Assembly (NCBI GenBank): GCA_030141605.1 | Contig: JAQGDQ010000174.1 | Coordinates: forward strand, 248,001-312,000 | DNA length: 64,000 nt | Source: Tubiluchus corallicola | Lineage: Eukaryota > Animalia > Priapulida | Direction of reading: 5' to 3' | Part shown: one piece after another, positions 25,001-36,325 of the stretch | Layout: every line of letters starts with the position of its first letter | Position numbering within the stretch: the stretch's first letter is position 1 | Position numbers and translations under genes: made by a program | The notes under the pieces: generated by a model | What the model was told of the DNA's origin: nothing | The model's database searches: none | What the model saw: only the letters and a program-made list of their open reading frames with translations

Positions 25001-28000
25001 GGCGTTTTTAGAATGGGATATAAAATTAGACATGATAAGTGATAATCATTTTAAAGTAAAACGCCAATGCTTCAAAAATCTCCGAAAATGATGTTCAAAA
25101 GTGAACAGAAAAACTTACGGCTTGCGGTGTAAACTGAAATAAACCCCGGAATGGAGAGATCGTGTTCTGTATGTTCTGTAATTCTAAAGAAATCACAATT
25201 ACTCGTACTAATTTAACTTAGTTTGGTTTATTTTCCAAAATGCTATAATATTATGTACAATGGTACACAAATGATACATTACATTACACACTTTCCTACA
25301 ACAGACAAGACAGAATTCAAAATTTTACAAGATATTCGGAAATCAGCTGAGACGATTGGAAAGCCTCTTTCAGATCAAAAGTTCATCTGATTGTCTAGTA
25401 CACTCTTTGAACCGTTTGCGGAAACCAATAATAACTCACCAACCATTATTTTAGTTAAAAAAATTGGTTCTCAAATATGCTTAGAAAATCCACCATTTAA
25501 TTGGGCACACTGGATTTTCATCTGGTCAAATATACAAAAAAATTGGCTAGCAGTTAGGAATTCAAATATCACCCACAGTTCAAAATGCTCAACTTAAAAA
25601 ACTTAGCATTCTCTAAGTTGAAGCGCTAGCTTACATTGTAAATTGGCCCATTAAGTCGTTAAATTAATGGATCTTCAGTGTGGTAGCTAGCATGCCAAAG
25701 GCCCGCTTTAATTTTTGAAGTGATCGAATTTTTGATGAATGCTAGCTCATTGAGTTTTAGGCAGACTTTACTTGTTTATTGAAGTCGAAAGGGGTTTTAA
25801 AATCAAAACTGCATAGTGTGTATTGTTGACGCTTAAAACTGTATTTCTGAGGTGATTATTGCAGATCCGTTAAGTTTTTGGGTTCAGCAGTAAGCTCGCT
25901 ATTGGATTTGCTTATTCACCTTTGGCAGGACACTGGCATTAAGTTGCAGCAGTGCAGAATTAGCGAATTTACTTATTTATCAGTATTGGGTATTTTGTAG
26001 GTTCAATGAATTTTCAGATCAATTAATTTTTTGCGTCGATTTTGGTGAATCGTGAATATGTAAATAGATCATTATTGCTGAAATTTCGCAAGTTGTTTAA
26101 ATGCAGGGATCAAACGCTGACGACTCATTGAATTTCTGAAAAAATAAAGTAGATTCGTTAAATAAAACAATTGTTGTCTGCATGAATTAAAAAAGAGCTA
26201 GGGAACTGACATGATGTATTACGTACGCTGTTGGTCATTAATGATATATAGGCCTATTGCTTATAACGGCCACCATTGCCTTCATATACAGGCGGAAATC
26301 GCTGCAATGAAGTCGGTAAAAGAAGCCAATTACGACGAAGATGAGGAGAAACTTCGTTGTCTGGAAAACAGTGTTGACAAAGCACAAACCAAAAAATTTG
26401 CTGTTGATGCTATTGGATCTATCTATAATAAAATGTACGATAACCTAAAGAAAGAAAGCTTAACATACGAAGCAATCATTCAGGACTTGGAGATGACCCT
26501 AGAACAGCAAAAGAATGAAATTATCGAAATGGACAAGATTCGGACGGAGGCTATTGTCTTGAGAAATAAAAATCAGGTAGGCAATCTAAAAGTGAATGCT
26601 GAGTAATTGAATTTACTTGTTGATCAGTGTTGGATCTTTGTAGGTTGTGCGAATTTTCGGATCATTGTATTTTTTGAGTTCATTCTGGGTTAAAAGTGAA
26701 GATGCGAATAGATCATCATTGTTTGAAACTTGACGAAGTGTTTAAATACACGGAACAAAAGCTGATGGCTCATTGAATTTCTCATTGATAGCTCAGAGAA
26801 TGAGCAACGTTTTCGTGTATATGATAGTAGAAAAAGAACAATATGAGCACATGTAACGCTTTAAAATCTCTAAGATGCCTCTGTGGGTTCAAATACAGTA
26901 CATTGGCCCGCTCTATGTACTGTCAAAAGCCTCCTACGATCAGAAGCTTACTAAATTGTTTGACTTGCAGCCAGTATGCACACTAATTGAAAGCGCAAAA
27001 TTTGAACCGATGGGTAGATTCCTATTTATAAACCTAGTGACAATGGTTGTAGTTATGCAGTAGCTTTATCATGCGCTGCAGTAACACCAGTAATTGTCGC
27101 TTGTGACATCTTGTGGCGCGCTTCTATTGCACTGCATTAGAGTTAGACGTTTGAACCACGCCTAAGCGCAAACGTTCCACCTACCTACACCAGCGGCGGA
27201 TTATGATTTTATGGACCTTAGGCTTGAGCTTGGAACGGGCCTTTTAAATGTTGCTACATATTCAGTCAGATATGTTGAAAAAAATGGACTTTTCAGAAAT
27301 TATAACTGACTTTGCCCCCAGAAAAATTCGGAAACTGAAATTTTGAACTTAAACTTAAACTGTGTAAACGTGAATTGTGTAAACTTAAACTGTGTAAACG
27401 TGAATTGTGTAAACTTGATTTGTGTAAACCCGATTTGAAATATAGTGACTGACTTTTGGAAAAAAAACTTTTTTCTATATTTTATTTTGGCGGGCCCCTT
27501 GCTCTTTTGTCAATTTATTTTTTTTTACAAAAAAATTTTTTTTCGTTTTATTTTGCCGGGCCCCTTTTGATCCCGGGCCTTAGGCTTCAGCCTATTCAGC
27601 CTATAGGGCTATCCGCTACAGACCTACACAGACGTCACTCTTTTTCGTTTTTAACTGTACCAGTAATGGATGAGTGAATAATACGTCTTTTATACCAAGC
27701 TGCCTTTATTTCATAATGCGTGTGCACTTTCACTGTCATGTTTCCAGATTACGTTCACTGGTGTCGAAGCGTCTCTCGAAGGTAACAAGAATCAACGCGA
27801 CGCGGAGCGCTTGGCGAAGACGAAACAAGTTGAGAAACTGAAAGTTCAAGTTGCAGAAGCTGAACGTATGGCAGTAAAGACGATCGTTCATGACAGTCAT
27901 CTGATTAAGCATGAAGAGGACGCTTCTCTTAAACGCCAGTCATATACAACGCGTTTTTATAAAATGGAGGTAAGGCTTTTTCGGTCTCTTCAGTTAAACA

Positions 28001-31000
28001 AAGCTGAGAGAACCTTGTTTAAAATTTTCGCTTTCAAGCCGTGAGTTGTTATTTTTTAGTATGGCATCGTTCAGTACTGCCATGTCCAGACATGTCAGAA
28101 TGTGAGATCACGTATCATAAAAGAATAGAAACTATCTCTGTAGGCACTCGAACCACCTGTTCCCGAAATTGCTGCCCTAATGGATGTACCCTCTCTAAAC
28201 AGCAAGTTATTAAGCACCATAGACCTAATGAACGCATATATTTTCTATAAAGGCATTATAGCAGCGCTGCTTTTCATCCCTTAAAGTAAATCCAAACCCA
28301 ATTGTAAACAGTAGGTCAAAACATTCTACTCTTTAAAATATTGGAAGGAAACATACTAAAAATGACTTACGTGAAAGAATTATTACTGCTACACAAACAT
28401 AATTTCACGTTCGCGCCACTAGTTCTTCGTTGTTACATCCACCTCGCCACTCGCTAGTTAGACGGGCACTAGCATCTGCATTTCGGAAACGCACTGCACA
28501 AAAAACAGGTGCGGTACCTTTCAATTTAGATGTGTTAGTTTCTGACGAATTACACACGTTCGACAGCACATGCGCGAGGTAAAATTGAAATTTGTATTTC
28601 TATATTTCTATCTTAAGACTTGCCTACTTTTAGTACAGAACACTAAATCTCTTACAGTAGCACTGTACTTCAATTTTCGCTTCCGCAAACACGCGCGACA
28701 CACTCGTCGAATATTTTTGCTGTTGAAAATTATGTTAGTTTGTAATGTGATGAATAGCTGGGCTTATCATCCGTTAATTAAGTTTTTAATCTGCTATTTA
28801 ATTATCAGAAACGCTTTTGCAGTATTAATTGTATTAAAATGTATACTTTTTATCGTACCTGAGTAAATGGGGCAGTATATGAAAAATCATTCTGTCTTCC
28901 TTTAAGCATCTGTTTTTGTGTACGTAAATGATTATAATGCATTTATTTTTGTTTTATATTCTGTACATGCGCTTGCGTGGCGGAAACATATTATTTCATT
29001 GCCATGTTCCCTATACTTGTTTGGTAACTTTTAAATGTGAGAATATCGTATTAATTGGATATCGCGTGCCGATTTCCTATAGGGATAGGACCAGTCATTT
29101 TACATTAAACATAATTTATAATTTTATTATGCGATTCGTGCCAGAAGGTTTTGACGACTTATACGCAGGGACTCCCCGCATAGTAATTTAACAAGTATTA
29201 GTAAATCGATAGAAACAATATTTACCGAGTTATTAGTTACGTTATGTAAGTAAAAATAAAAAGCAAATGGTAAGTAATTTAAATAATTAACCTGTACAAA
29301 CATCTCTAAATTTAAATTTTCCCTACACACCTCAATGATCATTATTTGAAACGCTTAGATTAAATTGTAAACGTCTGTACAATTGTAAATTGTCTTTTAC
29401 AGTTATTCACATCACTTAAATTTTTGCTTGTCTATGAAGTAGAAAACGTATGGACCAGTTATAATGCGCAAAATATTAGCAACCTGATCTATATTTCTTT
29501 ATAGCTTCAACTCACGTATTTATGCAACCCATATGCGTACATATAAATTACTAATGCATAAATTCCCTAACTGCACGAAGTCTATTTTTTATCAAATGTA
29601 TTTCATTACTTGCATTGTCAGTTTTCTCGCATAAATTTTACTTGTGGCAGTCAATTTTTGACATACAAGGTCCTAGGCATGCCCTACTAAATCCAGTCAA
29701 CTTTTTGGATATTAGCTCAGTCAACCCACTGCAAGACCTCGATCAATTTCAATTGTTGTTTAGGAGTATGAGAAACAGTTTAAATGCCTCAAATTGGCAA
29801 TGAAGTCAACAAACTGGGAAGATCTCGTAAGTGCCATGGTTGAGCAAGAGGTCACGACAATACATCTACATGAGCAATGTGTTGGTCAGCATGCAGAATT
29901 ACAGAAATTAAAAAATGAGTTAAAGAAGCTAAAAGATCATTTGGACTCCTTAAAATACGATAACATCCAGAACAGCGAAAGGTATTAAGCGTGTGTATTA
30001 TTTTAATATTACATTGTAAAATTAGATTTAAGCCTATCCGTCAAATAAAGTATTACAACGTAATTCTCCTTTGTAAACAGTTATTACTCAAGTTTTTAAA
30101 CAAATTATTTAAAAATTATTTTTAAGTTTAATTAAAAATTAAATTAAATTTGCTTATTAGTCCAAGAATGAACTTTTGTAAAAAGCACATTAGTTGACAT
30201 ATATTTTAAAAAAGTAGCTGTAACTCTGTGGGTTGAGGTGACTAATGGTTCTCCGTAGGCAAAGCTAGTCAAAGGCTCCAGCAAGGAGCAAGTTGCTCAT
30301 ATTCAGCGCATGCTTTATTTTCACAAATTATTCAAATCTTAGGAGATCCACATTCTGATCAACCAAAAAATTACTAGGCGCTCTACTATTTTTACGTTGC
30401 TTCGGTGTATACCCGATTAGCCCAAGTCTACTCGATTCCCAAAGAAAAGTTACAAAACTTATCCTGTGCCAAACCCAATGTTATCCAAACCTCAGCCAAA
30501 TCCCAACATAAACTGTAACTCAAACCATATGGCTTCCTAGAAGCTAGATAAAGCAGAGGCTCAAGGAACTTATGATCAAAGACAATTTTCGTAACTCTTC
30601 CTGCTTTTCGCACTTTCAGTCTGCCATGTACTGATTCGAAAAAACACCCCTGAAATTTGAATCACATTTTCATTTAAAGGCGCTCTAAAACCTACTAAAT
30701 TTACTTGTAAGCTGTAAGTGCGAACTACGCAGCTCCCAACTCCACCATGCAAGGTGATGTCACAAATATTGATCACTATAACGATTGTGGTGATAATAAC
30801 GATAATGGCGATGGTGGTAAGTTATGGTAACAGCTGTGATGCGATGATGATAGGGATGATAGCAATGCAATGCATATTTTCATGATGATCACGATGACGA
30901 TGAGTGTGACGATAATGATGATAACAATGATGGTGATAGCAACAGTTATGAAGAAGAAGAAGAAGATGATGACGATGGTGATGATGACGATAATGATGAT

Positions 31001-34000
31001 GGTGATGATGATGATGACTATGATAATGATGATGGTGATGCGGTGATGACGACGACGACGATGGCAACGATGATGAAAGTGATTATTGGCAAAGACCTCC
31101 ATTAAGTTTTGTGTTATCCTCCAGTTTACTAGATAGTTAACTGTGTAACTTCTGTTCTGTCAACTAAACTTACTCACTTTATTTATTAATTAACGTAGAA
31201 ATGAAAGCTGCATTGCTACCAAAAACAAAGAAATAACTGAAAGGGAAGAGAAAATGAGGGAACTGTTGCCTGAACTGCATCGGGCAGGACAACTCGCGGC
31301 TTACATTAAAAGTGGCATTGATTCTATTTACACCAAATTAGGTGGCACTAGGCGTTTTGAGTCTCACGACTATATTGAGGAAGAGGTAAGGACAATTTTG
31401 TAACACCGCTATAAAATCATACGTATTTTTGGGCGGGCTCAAAGTGCCGAATCCCTCATTTTTGAGCACGTTGTTGTTGTTGTCGGCATATTTACCTTGA
31501 AAAGCTGGTTTTACCGTAAGTGGCTGAATTTTGCATGAAGATACTACTGATCGTACTGCACATACTACTGATCGTACTGCAGATACTGCTGATCGTACTG
31601 CAGATACTGCTGATCGTAACAGGGCCCGGCTTTTCAGTTTCGTAAAAACTAGAGATCTCAATGCATTGCTTGATCGTTACCTACGTTGTGGTTTCTTTCA
31701 TTCTAATGATAAGAGAACTGTCCAACATTGGGTATTCTAAATTATGCAAAAACAAATCCATCCAATGAAAATTGCTTCACGTGATTTTTCTTATGGAAAC
31801 CATTATCTTTGCAAGAAGTGAGTAAGTGTACCGCATTCAAGCACATTAGTAATTCCATACTAGTTGAGTAAGCATTCACTTTTTAATTTTTGCAGGTTCC
31901 TGGTCTTGGATAAATTCTTTACTTAACGCGCTGTAGTACTACATAAATAAGCTATAACACGGGTTGTATTTAACACTTTTTACTATTTTTACGCAGTTCT
32001 TGTAAAGGCGTAAAAACAAATAACAACTTCATGGCTATTTAACGGGCAAGAAGACGCTTTTGTTACATAAAGTTGAAAGAATCGTCTTGAAACTTTCTAT
32101 CCCTACATACTCCTTTATTATTTACAGAACTTGTTGTAGCAGTAACATTATATAAAACTTGAAAACTTAATTTTCCGTGATGACTCTTAGCCTCAGCCAT
32201 TTTGACGGTAGATCGTTTGAAACAACTTTAGATAACAAAAAAGTGAGTCAGTGACGATTTGCCAGTTGACAAATTATTAAGAATCTTCTTTTCTTGTTAC
32301 GTAAGTCTTTTAAGCATGTAGGCGTTATGCTAAGTGATATAACTTTGTTTGAAAGTTTTTTTGGGATATATTTTACAATTTGCCTTTTCTTTTATTTTGC
32401 ACTATCAGTTACTATTCAAAACCGAATAGAAAGTTTCTGTTGACAAGATTATCTGAAAGGGTTGCTGCTGTCAAGATTTTCTGTAACTTAAATGAGTTGA
32501 GCAATAACAACAGTAGGTGGTCGTCTTATCCGAGATATTATTATCGCATTTATGAGTATCCTTGTGGAGATTTTGCAAAAATCAGAGCATACACAGATTA
32601 AATAATTTTGTGTAGCGAAATTTACATGTGGACTTAGATTCTTTTGCCTGCTTTATTGTGATGATTTACTACTTCTATCATTTTCCCACACTATTGGGCA
32701 ATGAAATGAACAAGTTATACCTATGAGGCTGTCTAGGGCCCATTAAGCTAGCGTGACTAGTATGTTAGTCTAGTAATTATCTACTCGATTGCGCGCTCGT
32801 TTCCTTGCCATGAGGACAAATTTTTAGTAGAATTCTCTAGTCATTAAGCAGCTTTAGATTACCATAATTGTGATGGGAAACAGGTTACTATAATTAGTCA
32901 TATTTCATAATTTACTATGTTCTTCTTTTTATAGCCGGAACAATTAACAGAGCGAGATACAGAAGCTCAGCTTTTAAATATTGAGACTGCTGTTGAAATG
33001 CTTAAGGACAGAGTTAGTCATTTTGACGAAGCAGGTGTGACTGATGAAGCCATAGACAAGATGAATAGAGCTAAATGGGTAAATGATCAGACACCATTGT
33101 AAATAAATAAAAATTTTCCTCGCAAAAAGGCACGGTATTCTGGCATAGTCCAACGCATTTTGTGAGAAATAAGGGGAACCTCCCAGAGAAGAAGTTTTAA
33201 CAGAGGAAGCTTCACTGTAGCCGAGGATTTAGGCATCACTTGTATTAAAACATAAGTATTATTACATTGTCTAAATTGATCTGAAACATGCTACTTTGCA
33301 GAATTGTGAAGGCCAAATTCGGGAGAGTAGGAAAAGCATACTGCTGCAAAAGGAGATTTTGCCTATGCCTACAAACTTTTTTCACTGCAATACCATGTAG
33401 ATATGTTTTATTGTTCGACGAAAACATTAACATTGTTTATTTTTCAGTATCAAGTTGAATTGGATAAGAGTTTGGGAGAAGATTATGTTCGTGTTAACCT
33501 ATCAGAATTCGACACTAAAGGTAAGTAAAAATAATCTGTGGCTAGACTAAGCTGTATTCACGTTTGTGTTGTGAGAAGGTTTTGAGAACAAAGCAATAAA
33601 GGTGATACCACTATAAGTAAAATGGTTGAGTTTAAAAACCACTGTGATTTTTAATGCCAAATTTGTTTCCACACACAGGTGTTATGATTTTAAGAGCAAA
33701 TGACGACTTCAAAGTGTATGCTTTCAAAGGAATGGTCATAAACTAAGCTATACACGAAAGCATAATTTAGAAAATATTCTGACATAATTTAATTAGTTAG
33801 CTACCCAAGTTGAATTGGTCATCTGGCTAAATTATTGTAAACAGCCACAATAATTAAAAAACATTATTATTATTTTATTTTCAGGGGATAGCGCGAACGC
33901 AGTCCCCCACTACCACAAATTATACACCCGAGTTCCCTCGATTTGAGAGAATCGCAGGGGTCAACCCAACCGAAGTGCAATGGAAAGGCCTCGCCCCGGA

Positions 34001-36325
34001 GGATCCACCTTCTTGATCATGGAAACCTCTGTGCCAGGTAAGTATGCTTGAGAACAGCACGCCGTGCACTATAAACGGAATTTTTCGCCAACTGCTTGTG
34101 GTGTGCTAGACGTTGATAAGCGTCAGAATGTAAGTGTTTGTGGTTTGCTAAGTGTAGTTGATGTTGTGGTGTAAATGTTCAGTGATTTTAGTTGAATTTT
34201 TGTAAGATTGCTTGTGGCTCAAATTTGTAGGTGGTTATTTGTATGAAGTATTATATTTGTGATCAGTAGGTATTACTCTAAAATAAAAAAATTAAACCTT
34301 TTTTAATGCGATGTAAGACTGAAATCATTTAGAACACTAGATATAAAAATTATACGTAATTCAGCATGCTTGTTTTACCAAAAATAAAAACCAAATGGTT
34401 CAAAATTTTCTCTACAGGTAAATAAATTTAATCAGTGGCCAGACTAAGCTATGTTCACATTTGTGTTGTGAGAAGGTTTAGAGAACAAAGCAATAAAAGT
34501 GATAAAAAGTGATGGGGCCTTCATAAAATCAGAAAGTTTCAATATGTCATTGCTACCACTGTAAGTAAAATGGGTGAGTTTAACACTTTGATTTAATTTT
34601 TAATGCCAAATTTCTTTCCACACACAGGTGTCATGGAAACCTCTGTGCCAGGTAAGTATGCTTCAGAACAGCACGCCGCGCACTATAAAGGGAATTTTTC
34701 GCTAACTGCTTGTGGTGTGCTAGACGTTGATAAGCGTCAGAATGTAAGTGTTTGTGGTTTGCTAAGTGTAGTTGATGTTGTGGTGTAAATGTTCAGTGAT
34801 TTTAGTTGAATTTTTGTAGGATTGCTTGTGGCTTAAATTTGTAGGTGGTTATTTGTATGAAGTATTATATTTGTGATCAGTAGGTATTACTCTAAAATAA
34901 AAAAATGAAACCTTTTTTAATGCGATGTAAGACTGAAATCATTTAGAACACTAGATATAAAAATTATACGTAATTCAGCATACTTGTTTTACCAAAAATA
35001 AAAACCAAATGGTTCAAAATTTTCTCTACAGGTAAATAAATTTAATCAGTGGCCAGACTAAGCTATGTTCACATTTGTGTTGTGAGAAGGTTTAGAGAAC
35101 AAAGCAATAAAAGTGATGGGGCCTTCATAAAATCAGGTTTCATCATGCCATTGCTACCACTATAAGTAAAATGGGTGAGTTTGAAAAAACATTTTGATTT
35201 AATTTTTAATGACAAATTTCTTTCCACACACAGGTGTTATGATTTTAATAGCAAATGACTACTTCAAAGTATATGTTTTCAAAGGAATGGACATATGCAA
35301 AGCTGTAAACGAAAAAAAGTTGTGATTTAGAAACTGTTCTGAAATGATTCAACTAAGTTAATTATGCTACCTGAGTTGAATTGGTCATCTGGCTAAATTA
35401 TTGTTAACAGCCACAATAATTAAAAACCATTATTATTTTATTTTCAGGGGATAGCGCGAACGCAGTCCCCCACTACCACAAATTATACACCCGAGTTCCC
35501 TCGATTTGAGAGAATCGCAGGGGTCAACCCAACCGAAGTGCAATGGAAAGGCCTCGCCCCGGAGGATCCACCTTCTTGATCATGGAAACCTCTGTGCCAG
35601 GTAAGTATGCTTGAGAACAGCACGCCGCGCACTATAAAGGGAATTTTTCGCCAACTGCTTGTGGTGTGCTAGACGTTGATAAGCGTCAGTTAGTAAGTGT
35701 TTGTGGTTTACTAAGTGTAGTTAGTGTTGTGGTGTAAATGTTCAGTGATTTAGCTGAATTTTTGTAAGATTGCTTGTGGCTCAAATTTATAGGCCAATAT
35801 TTGCATGGAGTATTTCATTTGTGTTCAGTAGGTAATACTCTAAAATAGAAAAATCTAAACTTTCTAATGTGACGTAACACTAAAATCATTTAGAACACTA
35901 GATATAAAAATTATACATACTTTTGCGTGCTTGTTTCACCAAAAATAAAAACCGAGCGGTTCAAATTTTTCTATTTCAAGGATAGTTTAATTTTGCCTTC
36001 AGACTGGCATTATCATCATAGCAATTTCAACTTTATTTCTAAACGTAAGCGTATCTAGCTTTTCTGTTTACAGTGAGTTTGCAGTTTTTACTACTTGTTG
36101 TTGTACGTATGATGTACAATTCTAGTTTACAACAACAAAGTCAACAATTAAAGCTGTACATAAATGCTTTTTACAGATGATTTCGAGTATGACTTACTAG
36201 AAGATAATGAAGAGGCACTCACCAGAGAAGAAATAAAAGCAATGGCTCAACGACTCATTGACTCCAAAAACAGAAGATTGCCCAAGAAACGAAAGAGCAA
36301 ACAAAAATTTGCGAAAACTATGTAG
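22039..36325 (+). CDS. CCDC151/ODAD3 (or CCDC183)-family coiled-coil protein, outer dynein arm docking complex-like, 10 coding exons, ~546 aa
   Basis: Phase-consistent GT-AG exons: 22039-22141, 23380-23501, 24198-24335, 26292-26576, 27748-27969, 29764-29981, 31199-31385, 32935-33078, 33448-33520, 36177-36325 (1641 nt including TAG). Heptad coiled coils with family-like motifs LRCLENSVDKAQTK, LDSLKY, YVRVNL and an acidic-then-basic tail EEALTREEIKAMAQRLIDSK. Exact orthologue not determinable by eye. Confidence 0.8.
22429..22680. mobile_element. hAT-type MITE (252 bp), family D
   Basis: 13-bp TIR CAGGGCCTATTTC...GAAATAGGCCCTG; 8-bp TSD TCTACGAG / TCTACTAG (one mismatch). A partial inverted copy starts at 47108. 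Confidence 0.85.
25993..26782 (+). repeat. Two diverged ~145-bp direct repeats (~25993-26137 and ~26636-26782) flanking exon 26292-26576
   Basis: Shared TTTGTAGGTT..GAATTTTC.GATCA, AATAGATCAT.ATTG, TGTTTAAAT and CTCATTGAATTTCT. Confidence 0.7.
27191..27621. mobile_element. hAT-type MITE (431 bp)
   Basis: Perfect 8-bp TSD ACCTACAC at 27183-27190 and 27622-27629; imperfect TIR CAGCGGCGGAT...ATCCGCTACAG; internal tandem AAACTTAAACTGTGTAAACGTGAATTGTGT x2. Confidence 0.85.
28281..28905. mobile_element. TTAA-flanked non-autonomous element, family C copy 2
   Basis: TTAA|AG...CT|TTAA ends; colinear with 15890-16446. Confidence 0.7.
30780..31085. repeat. Degenerate (GAT/GAC/GGT)n trinucleotide repeat
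   Basis: Low-complexity ATG/ACG/GTG repeats; explains the His/Ile-rich ORFs in the track. Confidence 0.9.
31540..31620. repeat. 21-bp minisatellite, ~3.8 copies
   Basis: Unit (G/C)ATACT(A/G)CTGATCGTACTGCA repeated in tandem. Confidence 0.92.
32170..32392. repeat. Dispersed repeat family B, copy 2
   Basis: Colinear with 14921-15152. Confidence 0.7.
33882..34045 (-). ncRNA. U1: U1 spliceosomal snRNA gene (164 nt), copy 1
   Basis: Reverse complement begins ATACTTACCTGGCA (5' splice-site recognition), with loop I GATCAAGAAG, loop II ATTGCAC, Sm site AATTTGTGG and terminal stem-loop GGGGGACTGCGTTCGCGCTATCCCCTG. Confidence 0.97.
34046..34200 (-). promoter_or_regulatory. Conserved U1 upstream region (putative PSE-containing promoter), repeated at 34660-34815 and 35609-35760
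   Basis: Near-identical sequence directly 5' of all three U1 starts. No PSE consensus could be assigned without knowing the taxon. Confidence 0.55.
34631..34659 (-). pseudogene. U1: 3'-truncated U1 copy (first 29 nt only) with intact upstream region
   Basis: Minus strand ATACTTACCTGGCACAGAGGTTTCCATGA then runs into spacer sequence (CACCTGTGTGTGG). Confidence 0.88.
35445..35608 (-). ncRNA. U1: U1 spliceosomal snRNA gene (164 nt), copy 2
   Basis: Identical by eye to 33882-34045. Confidence 0.97.

Larger units (their letters stand above)
33521..35980. repeat. Tandem repeat array of U1 gene units (~33521-34417, 34418-35031, 35032-35980)
   Basis: Each unit starts GTAA(G/A)TAAA..TAATC.GTGGC.AGACTAAGCT and shares the U1 upstream region ending TTCAAA(A)TTTT. 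Confidence 0.92.

Noticed and set aside
24894-25091. ORF/exon candidate (VYNEMRRRLDVHED...) in the CCDC151-like gene
   Set aside because: Flanking exons join directly in phase 0 with family-like continuity, and the best donor here gives phase 1.
30776-31102. His/Ile-rich ORFs
   Set aside because: Translations of a trinucleotide microsatellite.
31540-31620. Regularly spaced repeats resembling a CRISPR array
   Set aside because: Head-to-tail 21-bp minisatellite without unique spacers, in a eukaryotic intron.
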